Positions 13,147-25,434 of a stretch of DNA of 64,000 nt are shown one piece after another. The notes under the pieces were generated by a model, which saw only the letters and a list, made by a program, of their open reading frames with translations, did not search any database and was not told the DNA's origin. This DNA is from Anolis carolinensis. Taxonomy: Eukaryota. Each line of letters opens with the position of its first letter. The first letter of the stretch is position 1. The DNA is taken from assembly GCF_035594765.1 (NCBI RefSeq), contig NC_085844.1:177770107-177834106 (forward strand), written 5' to 3'. The translations under genes were made by a program, and so were the position numbers.

Positions 13147-13620
13147 AGAATCATAGAATAGTAGAGTTGGAAGAGACCTCATGGGCCATCCAGTCCAACC
13201 CCCTGCCAAGAAGCAGGAAATCTCATTCAAAGCACCTCCAACAGATGGCCATCCAGCCTCTGCTTAAAAGCCTCCAAGGAAGGAGCCTCTACCACGGCCC
13301 GGGGGAGAGAGTTCCACTGTCGAACAGCCCTCACAGTGAGGAAGTTCTTCCTGATGTTCAGGTGGAATCTCCTTTCCTGTAGTTTGAAGCCATTGTTCCG
13401 TGTCCTAGTCTGCAGGGCAGCAGAAAACAAGCTTGCTCCCTCCTCCCTATGACTTCCCTTCACGTATTTGTACATGGCTATCATGTCTCCTCTCAGCCTT
13501 CTCTTCTGCAGGCTAAACATGCCAAGCTCTTTAAGCCGCTCCTCATAGGGCTTGTTCTCCAGACCCTTAATCATTTTAGTCGCCCTCCTCTGGACGCTTT
13601 CCAGCTTGTCAACATCTCCC
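13147..13620 (-). mobile_element. Young 5'-truncated CR1 LINE
   Basis: Open 131-aa ORF2 C-terminus (LESVQRRATKMIKGLENKPYEERLKELGMFSL..RWNSLP..AFKQRLD) and ATTCTATGATTCTA tail. Confidence 0.95.
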
Positions 13621-14100
13621 ATATTTCATCATTGTATTCTTTATGCCAGATAATAAGCATTTAAACTGTTTTTTAGAGGGGGGAGCTGGGGTATTGCCAC
13701 AGTGGGGTTTTGTGGAAGCTCTAGCAGCTGGATTTCAGGAATGTCAGGCAGCCAGATTCAGCCCCAAGGACTGAGGTTTCCACCAAGCTCTACCCCGATT
13801 TCATACAATGTTGCCTTGTAATTTAATCTCAATAAAAGTTTGTCCAAATTTGTATTTTTTGTTGGTGCGTTACTTTCACTGTGTAGAGCAGTTCCCCCTC
13901 AAAAGTCTTCTTTTTCTTATTTAAAGGAAAACAACAGCCAGTTTTTTTCAACTTTTTCTTGCAAGTCTAGGAACAATTAATTTTCTGACAAGGAGACTGC
14001 TGTGTCGTGGGGTGGTCGGTACACAAGCAGAAACCCCAAACTGTCCCAGTTACCCACTTTCAGATGGACACATTTGAACCCAGAGAATTGCGGAACAGGG

Positions 14101-15240
14101 AAACCGGTGGGTGAGGTCATCCGGAGTTTTGGAGTGTAGTGCCATCTCTATGCAGATGACACCCAACTCTACTACTCCTTTCCATTGAATTCTAAGGAAG
14201 CAGCCCAGACCCTAAACCAGTGCCTGGCAGTTGTGACTAACTGGATGAGGGCTAACAAGTTGAAGCTTAATCCAGACAAGACAGAGGCCCTCCTGGTCAG
14301 TCGTGGGACTAATCGGCGTATTGGGTGGCAACCTGTGCTCGATGGGGTTGCACTCCCCCTGAGGGCGCAGGTCCGCAGTTGGGGGTCCTTCTGGACTCAT
14401 CGCTGACGCTTGAGGCTCAGGTGTCGGTGGTGGCCGGGAGGGCCTTTGCACAATTAAGACTTGTGCGCCAGCTGCAACCATACCTTGAGAAGTCTGACTT
14501 GGCCACAGTGGTCCATGCCTTGGTTACATCCAGATTGGATTACTGCAATGCTCTCTACGTGGGGCTGCCCGTGAAGACGGCCCGGAAACTCCAACTGGTT
14601 CAAAAGTCGGCAGCCAGGTTTCTAACTGGAGCTGGCTATAGGGAGCACACAACGCCCCTATTAAAGCAGTTCCACTGGCTGCCAATAAATTGCCGGGCCC
14701 AATTCAAGGTGCAGGTACTGATCTATAAAACCCTTTACGGCTCGGGCCCTGCCTATCTCCGTGATCGCATCTCCCCCTATGAACCGGTGCAGGCCCTGAG
14801 ATCGTCCGGGGAGGCCCTCCTCTTGCTCCCACCACCGTCTCAAGCGCAATTGGTGGGGACGAGGGAGCGGGCCTTCTGTCGTGGCCCCCCGGCTCTGGAA
14901 TGTCCTCCCAAAGGAGATCAGACAAACCCCAACTCTGTCCTGCTTCCGCAAGGACTTGAAAACCTGGTGGTTTCGGCCGACTCATGGCCCTGAAACATGT
15001 TGTATAAAATCTACCTATCCTTACAACAGACCATGTCAGCCCATCTGATTACTGATCCCTGTTTTCTCGATTGCATGTTGTGATTGTAATTTATTGTTTT
15101 TACTGTCTTATGAGTTGTATAGGTTTTATCCTGTTTTAACAATGTGTCTATTATGCTGTTTATGTAATCTATGTTGTTATATTTATGCTTATAAACCGCC
15201 CTGAGTCCCTTCGGGGAGAAAGAGCGTAATATAAATAAAG
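14101..15240 (+). mobile_element. 5'-truncated L2 LINE (RT domain to tail)
   Basis: YADDTQ motif near 14149-14166, WMRANKLKLNPDKTE, VHALVTSRLDYCNALY; frameshifts; tail CCGCCCTGAGTCCCTTCGGGGAGA. Confidence 0.93.
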
Positions 15241-15257
15241 TTTTACTTACTATGTAT

Positions 15258-15763
15258 GTATTTATTTATTTATTTACAGTATTTATATACTGCCCTTCTC
15301 ACCCCAAAGGGGACCCAGGGCGGATCACAATGTACATATACATGGCAAACATTCAATGCCATACGACATACAGACAGAGACAAAGACACAGAGGCAATTT
15401 AACACTTTCCAGCTTCCGGCTTCATGAGGGTATGCTCGATTCCGGTCACAGGGGGAGCTGCTGCTTCATCATCCACTGTGACACCGAGTCATTGATGGAT
15501 TACTTCCTCATTCTTCCGCACACTGCTGGAAGGTTTTATGGTATTGTAAATTAGTTAAATTAGCCTCCTCACATAAGCGGTACCTACATTTCCTACTTGA
15601 TTGATGCAACTATCTTTCGAGTTGCTTAGGTCAACAACGAGCTAGGCTATTTTTAATGGTTGGGCGCTCAATCCGACCCTGGCTGGCTTCAAACTTAATG
15701 ACTCCTCGGTCAGTAGTGATTTATTGCAGCTGGCTACTAACCAGCTGCGCCACAGCCAGGCCC
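15258..15763 (-). mobile_element. tRNA-headed SINE with L2-like tail
   Basis: Minus-strand head GGGCCTGGCTGTGGCGCAGCTGGTTAG; tail CCGCCCTGGGTCCCCTTTGGGGTGAGAAGGGC..(AAAT)n like the adjacent L2. Confidence 0.65.
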
Positions 15764-16170
15764 AAGGCTTCAATATATGTAGTAAGATTTAATGTGGCAT
15801 ACTTTTTGCTTATTTTCATTTACATTCGTTTTTTGGTGTATACATAACTTACCATAAATCCATAACTGATTTAGCTGAGTAGATCAAAATGATGGCCATT
15901 TTTACTATGGGGTTTTATGGATAATGTGGGTCTTCTTGTCTCCAAAGCTGACCTTTTCTATAATCAATGTACTGCACTTCTTCATTGTTTGCTTCTCTAG
16001 AGTGTGTGTTGATTTATCTATAAAATTACATCCTTTTGTTGGACAATGTAAATGGCAAAATATGTAAACATACATTGTTTTTCAATTCTGCCTTTGTCTT
16101 TTCCCACCTCAGGGGAGCACAATGTGTTACAAAATAACCTGTTTAAGTTTGCCCAATCTTCTTCCCTCAG

Positions 16171-16291
16171 GGCTGTGCCTGGTTTCAAACTGTAAATAGC
16201 AGGAAAGTCCTTGCCTACAGAAAAGTTTGCAATTTGGAAATCCCAGTGATACTTCACCTCAGATCCTGTTCTACTTCCTGTGCCTGCTTTG
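16171..16291 (+). pseudogene. TTC39A: TTC39A pseudo-exon (exon 14 equivalent), two stops
   Basis: cag|[38 protein letters not shown]|gtaaga, 121 nt. TAA at 16193-16195, TGA at 16247-16249. Confidence 0.95.
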
Positions 16292-16549
16292 GTAAGACTG
16301 CGAGGCTTTCTGTACAGAGTTTCACAGTAGTTCTTTTTTAAAATTAGACATCTATGAAAATAAATATCTGATGAAGGGTTTTAAATTCTCCCATTGCTGC
16401 AGTTGGTATACATGCTGCGGGCCCCACATGGATAGAGGAAGGGTATATTTTACCAAGGTCCAGTCCATGCTGCAGTTGACATTGCCTTCAGGAAAAAATG
16501 AGGGTGGATTATATATGAGGATATTTAGGAAAGCTCATTTGATTCTGGT

Positions 16550-16815
16550 TTTTTTTTTACAGTGTCAGGAGCAACTTGAGAAACTGCAAGTCACTTCTGG
16601 TGTGAGAGAATTTGCCGTCTGCAAGGATGTTGCTCAGGGGACGCCCAGATGTTTTGATGTTTTACCATCCTTGTGGGAGGCTTCTCTCCTGTCTGCGCAT
16701 GAGGAGCTGGAGCTGACAGAGAGAGATACCCGTGCTCTCAGGTCAGCAACTCAACCTTCAAGTCAGCAGTCCTGCTGGCACAAGGGTTTTACCTATTGCA
16801 CCAGCAGGGGCTCCT
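16550..16815 (-). mobile_element. SINE with Vingi-like tail (other copies at 22122-22394 minus, 26225-26490 plus)
   Basis: Three mutually similar copies; tail GCTCCTGACAC(G/T)..A-rich; tRNA B-box GGTTCGAATCC in the 26225 copy. Confidence 0.75.
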
Positions 16816-17480
16816 TTTTTATTCTGTTTAGAGATAGTTTGAGCTTATGCATATGGTTAGAAGGGGCATAAATACTCTGTTGACAGAAAAGTTGATCCAT
16901 AAGATGAGATTGTAGTTTTGGGATGTGTCTTTCAGCTGCATATGGTAAATGATTTATCCTATACTTTGATCTTTTTAAAATCCAAAACGTAGCCTTCTTT
17001 CTGGATAGCCTTTGTATTTATTCTGTTAAATGTACCACCTCTATGGATATTTTTTTCGAAATAGATCTACATTGAAAAGGAATGTTAACTTACATTATTA
17101 AAAGTGATTGCAACTAGTTTCCATAGCTCTTGGGACTTTTATTTCTATTTGTGCATATTGTCAATGACTGTGGCAGAAGCTAAAGGTAATTTCAACAAGC
17201 TTGCACTCCTGAAAACTGTAGGCATTCTGCAATCGACTAGAAATGCTGAGCTGTCTATATCTTGTCTATTGAGTGCAGATTTGCAAGAGAAATCGGTTAT
17301 GGCCAAGAATCTGTAATAATATTAAGCAAAGAAAAATCCCTAAATCAAGTGATATATGTGTATGCATGAGTTTGCATTCATAAATATATAGACAGAATAA
17401 CAAATGAGAGAGGGGGGGAGGGGGGAGGGAGAGAGAGACCAGTTTAAGCATTAGACTATGACTCACTCTGGAGAACAGTA

Positions 17481-17776
17481 GTAAAGGTAAAGGTTTTTCC
17501 CTGACATTAAGTCTAATTGTGTCTGATTCTGGGGTTGGTGCTCATCTCCATTTCTAAACCGAAGAGCCGAAGTTGTGGCCGGCATGACTGCATGGAGCGC
17601 TCTTACCTTCCCATCAGAATGGTACCTATTGATCTACTCACATTTGCATGTTTTCGAACTACTAGGTTGGCAGAAGTTGGGCTAACAGCGGGAGCTCATT
17701 CTGCTTCCAGGATCTGAACTGCTGATCTTTTGATAAGCAGCTCAGCGGTTTAATCCGCCGCGCCACCAGGGGCTCC
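17481..17776 (-). mobile_element. Sauria SINE
   Basis: (AAAGGT)n tail and head match other copies. Confidence 0.88.
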
Positions 17777-18660
17777 AGAGATCAGTACTGAATCTCTACT
17801 CAGACATGGAAATACATTGGGTGACCTTGATCAAATCACACTCTCTCAGCTTTAGAGGAAAGCAAAATCTAACAATCTCTTGCTCAGAAAACCCCATGAT
17901 CAAATCACCTTAGGTTCACCATAAGTAAAAAACAACTTCAAGACACACAAGAACAAATCTTTCTTCCTATCATCTATATCTTTTTTCATCAAGCAATGTA
18001 AAATCCCTGTTGGAATCTGCATTCAAATCCAGCCTATGCTTCTTGATATACTTTTGGGAATGACTGAGGATGTGCCTTTGTTTTCTCTGCCAAAAGAACA
18101 AAGTGGGGAATTGCAGTGAAGGAATACAGCAGGGCTATTGGGACTACATGCTTTACAGTATTTAAGCATAAGCTTTTCTGCAATCCTGTTGTTCAGATGC
18201 ACCAAAACAGCTCACTGAAGTTTCTGTGAAGAAGTGGATCGAAGTATGTTGTTAACACTTATGCTAGGCCGCACTAATGAGTCCAAAGGGGCGGCAGGAT
18301 TCCTTCCTTCCCTGTCACTTTTCATTTTATGCTGAAATAGATGAATAGTGCTCTCTCTTTGAAATCTGCTGAAGCCACGTCACAATGGGAAGCAGGTGGC
18401 GCTCAGAAACAATTGAGCTCCAGTCCAAAGAACTGGAAATCGAAATTAAACTATTTATAGCAGCCTGTTAATAGTTAACTAACTACAGTAAGGCCTATTT
18501 CAGTTTGGAGAGAAAGTGCCTTACTGCTAGAAGCTTTTAATTTAAAATATGGAGAGAAACGTAGTTTACATTTCTGGCTTACTTCTTTAGATTCCTACTT
18601 GAATAGTTACAACAAAAAAATCTTTCTCAATTCAGTTACATATGATTGCTTGGCTCTGTA

Positions 18661-19511
18661 CAATTAACATTAATGGTAAGTGTAACATTAGAAAATTTTG
18701 ACTATTTCCACTACCTTGGCAGACACCTCTCCACAAAAGTCAACATGAACACTGAAATACAATACCGCCTGAGCTCTGTGAGTGCAGCATTCTTCTGAAT
18801 GAAGCAGAGAGTGTTTGAGGATCGGGATATCTGGGATATCCGTAAGGATACTAACGTGCTTGTTTATAAAGCTATTGTCCTCCCAACCCTGCTATATGCC
18901 TGTGAAACATGGACCGTCTACAAGCTTCACACTCAACTCCTGAAACGATTCCGCCAGTGTTGCCTCCGAAAAATCTTGCAAATCTCTTGGGAAGACAGGG
19001 GAACAAATGTCAGCATGCTGGAAGAAGCAAAGACCACTAGCATTGAAACGATGCTCCTATGCCATCAACTCCGCTGGACTGGTGACGTTGTCCAAATGCC
19101 TGATCACTGCCTCCCAAAGCAGTTGCTATACTCCCAACTCAAGAACGGGAAACGTAATGGACAGGAAAAGAGATTTAAAGATGGGCTTAAAGCCAATCTT
19201 AAAAACTGTGGCATAGATACTGAGAATTGGGAAGCTCTGGCCCTTCAGCACTCTAACTAGAGGTCAGCTGTGACCAGCAGTGCTGCAGAATTTGAAGAGG
19301 CACAAATGGAAGGTTTAAGGGAGAAACGTACTAAGAGGAAGGTGCGTCAAGCCAACCCTGACCGGGACTACCTTCCACTTGAAAACTGATGTCCTCACTG
19401 CGGAAGAACATATGGATCAAGAATAGGACTCCACAGCCAGCTATGCATCTACTTCCAAGACGCTACACTTGGAGGGCCATCATCCTCGGGCTACGAGGGA
19501 TCGCCTAAGTA
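18661..19511 (+). mobile_element. 5'-truncated RTE-clade LINE flanked by ~80-bp direct repeats
   Basis: VYKAIVLPTLLYACETW..LRKILQISW..QLRWTGDV..LPKQLLYSQL; tail GATCGCCTAAGTAA. Confidence 0.9.
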
Positions 19512-20618
19512 ACTTCTTTAGATTTCTACTTGAGTAGTTACGACAAAAAGCATTTCTCAATTCAGTGGCATGATTGCTTGGCTCTGTAAGTTACATCGGG
19601 TGGTACTACTACAGTTGAGTGTGTTTGTAATCTGTCAAAACAAGAAAGAAAAATAATCTGGAGAACCCCTAAATCCAAGGTAGCTAGGAGGAACGTGTAG
19701 GCTGGAATAAAACACCTTCGTTTTGACTTCTACATATAGTCTCAGGATTTTTGGAAGATTTGTCTGAAGGCATGAGTCTGTTGTTGTTGTTGTTGTTGTT
19801 GTGTGCCTGACCCTAAAGTGAACCTATAACAGAATTATCTTGGCATAATTTGTTCAGCAGGAAGTTGCCATAGCCTTAAACTCAGTTTGCAGCAATTGAA
19901 CTAATCTGAACCAAGTGGGAGGAAAGCAGCTGAAAAAGTGGGATGACAGGATTACTCAGAATTGTTGCTGCCAGATTGGGATAGCTGGATGTATGTAGAC
20001 CTTCAAAGGTTCAGAAATTGCTTTCTCTGTTTAAGAATATGCTACTTTGAACAAAATAAAGTGTTATGTCAGTTCTTTCAACCAGGGCAGGATGTGATGT
20101 GTGTATCCACGTAAGTCAACCCAGGAACATGCTTTCCAGAATGAATGAATTGGTTTATTTCAGTCAAGGATCAGAACAAGTCTCTTCCTAGTTTCGCACA
20201 TATAAACAAGGCAAGAAAAAGGCCATTTCTATCATACTTTCCTGAGAGCAAATAATAGTGGACATGGTTGGATGTGCCTTTGTGTAGACCTCCAAAGGAT
20301 TGCACGGCATCAAAAGAAACTGTAACCTTGTTTTATCTATTGTAGCGGATAAGCATTAGGAGAAATTTACTGATTGCTTATGTGAAGCCTTCCTATAGCG
20401 CAGGCATGGGCGAACTTTAGCTTAAGCAGTTGAGGGGGGAAAGGAAAAGACAATAGGCTGTTAGGAATTGTGTGGCCCAAAATTGCCCATGGCTGTATAG
20501 AGCAATATGCGTCGACTATCACTTATCTGTAATGCTCAGAACCAGATGTATTTTGGATTTCAGATTTTTATTTTTTTTGGATTATGGAATATATGCATTT
20601 GCTATTATTTACTTAGCG

Positions 20619-20754
20619 CAGGCAGCACCTGTACTTCGGCCCTTGAGGTGTTTTTGGACTACAACTCCCACAATTCCTAACAGCTGGTAGGCTGTTAGGA
20701 ATTGTGGGAGTTGAAGTCCAAAACAACTCAAGGGCCGAAGCTTGCCCGTGCCTG
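20619..20754. mobile_element. Palindromic hAT MITE
   Basis: CAGGCA..TGCCTG ends, internal hairpin, TSD-like acttagcg/acttaatg. Confidence 0.7.
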
Positions 20755-21519
20755 ACTTAATGGCATATCATGGAGATGGGACCCAATACAGGAAATTCAT
20801 GTATAGTTTTATATAACAAGGATTAACACAGAAAACATGAAATTGTGAAAGAAAATGTTGTTCTGTGCAGTTTTTGCTCAATGTCCTCACGTTGCCTGGC
20901 CACATCCTTTGTATATACCCTCATTTTTGTCATATACTTTACAAATTACATGTCTCCCTATTTTAATCTCTAAGTTGGTATGATATGATGTGATCAGAGG
21001 AAAAGGAAGTACCAGTGCTGCTGGTTTTCTTGAGAAGCAGTGTGGATCCTTGATGTCAAGAAGGGTAAAGGGAGGCTGGAATAGGCAAGAAGTAAAAGAT
21101 ATCTAAATTTTTGGGAAAGGAATGTAGTTGATTTTTTAAAAAAATATATGATTTTGAATAGAAACCAATAGGATTGTGTTGGTACCAGGAAGAGAGTATT
21201 GAGTCTAGGAGCCTATTGATCACAGAAACCAATGAAGAATTGAGAGTTTGAACTGCAGGTGGAAACATTTTAATCTCACAAAGATGTAAAAACTAACAAT
21301 TCAACAAGACTTCGGGGTTTTTTTGTTGTTGCTACAAGAGGCACCTACAGCTGCTCCTATGGATGATGGCACATCTGGCTGTATTTCAAATATAAGCATT
21401 TACAGAAGTATTTCACTTACTAAAAGTATATTTTAACTGACTAGTGAATCCTCTTGGCCAAGGCCCCTGTTCTCTCTACCGTCATCTGTCTGTTTTCTGT
21501 TCCTTAATTAGTTTTAGGA

Positions 21520-21654
21520 CAGTGGTTCTCAACCTATGGGTCCCCAGATGTTTTGGCCTTCAACTCCTGGAAATTCTAACAGCTGGTAAACTGTCTGGGA
21601 TTTCTGGGAGTTGTAGGCCAAAACACCTGGGGACCCACAAGTTGAGAACCACTG
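21520..21654. mobile_element. Palindromic hAT MITE (SPIN-like TIR CAGTGGTTCTCAAC); family copies at 39813-39949, 39969-40106, 46745-46879, 61769-62068
   Basis: TIRs and internal hairpin; sibling copies have 8-bp TSDs (atttaaag, cactaagc, ttctagac/gtctagac). Confidence 0.88.
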
Positions 21655-21660
21655 TTGTAA

Positions 21661-21772
21661 CAGATGATGTATGTCTGGAATGGCTATGCAATGATTGGAA
21701 AGTGTCCTGATCTGACTGAAGGTATTTTGAACACCATAGTAGATACAGAAGCAGCTCTGGAAAAAAGTCCAG
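21661..21772 (+). pseudogene. TTC39A: TTC39A pseudo-exon (exon 15 equivalent), acceptor disrupted by a MITE
   Basis: QMMYVWNGYAMIGKCPDLTEGILNTIVDTEAALEKSP|gtaact, 112 nt, vs [37 protein letters not shown]. Confidence 0.93.
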
Positions 21773-23980
21773 GTAACTCATGTCTAATTTCAGAAGACGC
21801 ATCATTGTACAAGGTGCAAGCCAGTTGGAGAGACTGCAGCTGTCTTGTGGAGTCCAAAGAAGTTAAACCTATTAATCAAATTTCCTTTCTTTAGTCGGTG
21901 ATGAGATTATGCAACAGAGAGCAGGCGATAAAGACTGTAACTGTATTTTGCTGTTCATTTGTTCTCGTCATCCTCCCTCTTTACTACTTGTTTGCATTAT
22001 TTCTGCTAATTCATCACATCTGGGAATATATTTGAAATTTAATTTAAGTTTCGTTTCAGGTGTATTCTTAGTAGTCTGCTTTTCCTGATATAAATCTATC
22101 AACTTCAGTCTTTGTGTGTGTGTTTTTTAATTGTGTCAGAAACAACTTGAGAACATACTGCAAGTCGTTTCTCTTGTGAGAGAATTGGCCATCTCCACAG
22201 ACACTGTCCAGGGGATGACCAGATGTGTTATCATCCTGCTGGGAGGCTTCTCTCATGTCCCCGCAAGCTAGAGCTGACAGACAGGAGCTCACTCTGTCTC
22301 CCGGATTCAAACCAGCAACCTTCAGGTCAGCAACCTAATCTTTAGGTCAGCAATCCAGCTGGCACAAGGGTTTAACCCATTGCGCCACCGCAGCTTCTAG
22401 TCTTTGTGTTGAAAGAGAGTGTCAATTGCTCCAACAGCAGGGCATGAAAGGCAGATATGTGCACAGGATGGAAGGGCAAAATCAAAAGTAATATGTATTT
22501 AGATAAGAAGGTAAACTAGACTGGGCTCATTGGCCTTGTGCAACCTTGAGGATTTCAGTATCCTAACACCGTATCTTCAAACTAACCCAATATGATATGA
22601 AACGTCCTTCTGTTGTCTCTATTTTTCAGATGCTTTTAAAATATGCCAATTCTACTCTTAGTCCTCGGTTTACTTGTCCTTTTCTCTTTCCCAGCAGACT
22701 CATACAAAGCAAACTACTGCAGCCTCTTCTAGATTTTGCCATCTTAACCACACGCTGATGTTGCTGTGCCACATGTGTCCTGGTTTTTAATCTGTGAAAT
22801 GTTGGAGGTTATGCCAAACACACCCCTTAAACAAAAACCTTTAATGCTCCTTGCTCTCTCTAGGAGCACTTTTTCCCCTATTCTCCTCCCTCTTTTTAGA
22901 TCGCAGAAGCCTGTTTGCAAACCTGCAAGTGACTTCCTTATGTCCTTATAATTGCTGTCACAAGCAATTGAAGCAAAGAGGAACCCAGAACTATAAGAGT
23001 GCAGTCGAGCAAGACATAAGAACGTGCCTAGAGCCAAATTAGGTCAGGCTTTAAAATCTGCTGCTCTGCTGCAGTCATCTGGATCCTCTCTGGTAAGCCA
23101 CTCTTCTTACCAGACTATTTTTGGAGCCACCTGTCAGCAATTTCCCCTCGTTTTGCTCTCATGACTCAACACGCTTGATTTTCCTCTCTCTTCTCACATT
23201 CTCCTTCCCAACAATCATTTTTGAAATGTTATTTTGAACAATCTGGGTCAATCAGTACACACTATCCCACCCCACTTTTTAAAAAGCAACTTGGATGTTT
23301 GGTTTTTCTCTTGCATGATGGCATTTGTCTATTGCAATTGGTTTTCTCAGAAGTGCTTCCCCATTGTGTTCTCTCGATTGCCGAGAATCAGTTCTATTCA
23401 TCTTCAAAATCCTCTCTCGGCAGGGAATAAACAGTGGAAATGAGTGTACTGTGGTTGTGATTATGATTGTGTGTGTCACAAACACAATCATATACTCTCG
23501 TCACATTCTTTTGATTCCATTTTTATTTCTCTCCAGTTGTGCTAGGTCTTATCTATTGTATCTAGCCTCTGTGGCATATTTTGAAGATTACTGTGGCTAT
23601 TTTAATATTTCATTAAGTTCTCCTAAGTTACCATAGCCTAATATTTAAATAATCAGAAATTTGGAGTGGCTGCATATCACTTAGTCACACTCACATTTGC
23701 CTAGATTGTGTGTCTTATTTAGACAAGGCTGGATTAAGGTGGTTTCTGTGCTATAGCTGCTTTGAAAACAAGCCCTCCTCTATATGCACATGTTGCAGAA
23801 CCTCCATTGGAGGGCTGGCTTTGCAGAGGGAACTCCTCCTTGGGACCAGGGCCAGGCACTTCCAGGCCTGACGGGAGAGACAGCTCTGAGCATCTCTTCT
23901 GCTTTTGCCCCAGCAACATACACACTGATTCACTCCACAACTGGGAAGCGGAATGGGAATGGTTTGTAAATGTTACCAGC

Positions 23981-24705
23981 CCATTGTGCATGTGGCAGGG
24001 CTCAGGTTGCATTGTAGTAAGTGGTCTGTGGTTTGTTCTTTTCCACTCACATGTCGTGGACTCCACTTTGTAGCCCCATTTCTTAAGATTGGCTCTGCAG
24101 CTCGTGGTCCCAGAGCACAGTCTGTTCAGTGCCTTCCAACTCGCCCGATCTTCTGTGTGGCTAGGAGGAAGTTTCTTATCCGGCATCAGCCATGGATTGA
24201 GGTTCCAGGTTTTAACCTGCCACTTTTGGACTCTTGCATGTTGAGGTGTTCCTGCAACTATCTGTGTAGATCTTAAAAAGCTGTTTCTTGATTTAAGTCA
24301 TTGGCATGCTGACTGATATCCACAGAGGATGGACCAGAGATGTCGATGCCTTGGTCCTTTCATTACTGGCTGCTACTTCCCGACGGATATCAGGTGGTGC
24401 AATACTGGCTAAACAGTATAGTTTCTCCAGTGCCGTAGGGTATAGACATCATGTGAAAATGGGCATGTCTCATTAAGAGCCACATCCACTGTTTTAATGT
24501 GGTGAGATGTATTCCACACTGGGGATGCGTATTCAGCAGCAACATGCATAATGGAGAACCTTCTCACAGTGACACAAGAGGCACTCCAAGTGGCCAGCTT
24601 ATAGTCAAAGGAAATCTAGCATAATGCCAAGTTTTTAACTTCGTTTGTATTTTTTTAATTAAAAAAACCAACATTATAACTGTACCCTCAATTTGCTTCT
24701 GACAT

Positions 24706-24738
<33 letters not shown>

Positions 24739-24740
24739 AT
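23981..24740. mobile_element. Vingi (I/Ingi-group) LINE 3' fragment with 5' inversion
   Basis: Minus segment encodes AAEYASPVW..SWKALNRLCSG; plus segment continues the ORF end to GCTTCTGACATG(AAAT)n. Confidence 0.8.
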
Positions 24741-25236
24741 ACCACTCCATGGGCAGATCTATAGGTCCCTCTGCCCAGGATAATTTCTTCATTTAAATAG
24801 AATCATAGTACTAGAAAATACAGCCAGCATGATGTAGCAGTGCTTTGGGTGTTAGACTAGGGCCCTCGAGAGCAAGGTTCGGATCCACATTTCACCTTGA
24901 GCAATTGACACTTTCTCAGGCTGAAAAGAAGATAGTGGCAACACATCCCCTTGAACAAATTTTTCCAAGAAAACCGTGATAAGTTCACCTTAAGGTCAAC
25001 ATATGTTGGACACACTCTGAAGGCACACAACGAGAAAAGTGTGAAGGGAAAGTAGGTTGTAGATAGCAGCTCATGGATCTTGCCACTTTTGTTCCCATTG
25101 TACCACTGAATTCAACCTTGCATTGAGATAATAAGGGAATTGTGAACAGAATATGTTTTTCAGCACCTTTCCTCTCTCTTCTGTTCAAAGTAAGCACATC
25201 TTATTATGCTATACTGCTTCTTGTTTGCCTTGTCAG

Positions 25237-25434
25237 CAACAGATATGTATGTATGTATGACCAGTGTGTGATAAGGCTGCTGAAAGGTTTATGCCTGAAA
25301 TACCTTGGCAAGATTTCAGAGACAGAGGACCATTTTGTTGTCGAAGGCTTTCATGGCTGGGATCACAGGGTTGTATGTTTTCCAGGCTGTATGGCCATGT
25401 TCTAGAAGGACCATTCTACTTACGTTCACTTCGA
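25237..25434 (+). pseudogene. TTC39A: TTC39A pseudo-exon (exon 16 equivalent) with frameshift and TE insertion
   Basis: DQCVIRLLKGLCLKYLGKISETEDHF[insert]..TYVHF|gtaagt. Length 198 = 115 + 2 (TATG-repeat slip) + 81 (70-nt insert plus 11-nt duplication). Confidence 0.92.
25337..25406. mobile_element. Penelope-like terminal fragment inserted in TTC39A exon 16
   Basis: GTTGTCGAAGGCTTTCATGGC..GGCTGTATGGCCATGTTCTAGA resembles 61120-61165; 11-bp duplication aggaccatttt/aggaccattct. Confidence 0.75.

Noticed and set aside
14325-14993. 222-aa ORF and other LINE-derived ORFs as host genes
   Set aside because: Truncated, frameshifted L2/CR1/RTE/Vingi reverse-transcriptase fragments
18389-18403. CTCF-like GAAGCAGGTGGCGCT with nearby CRE/AP-1-like words
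   Set aside because: The 5' CC of the core is mismatched; motif-only evidence is insufficient
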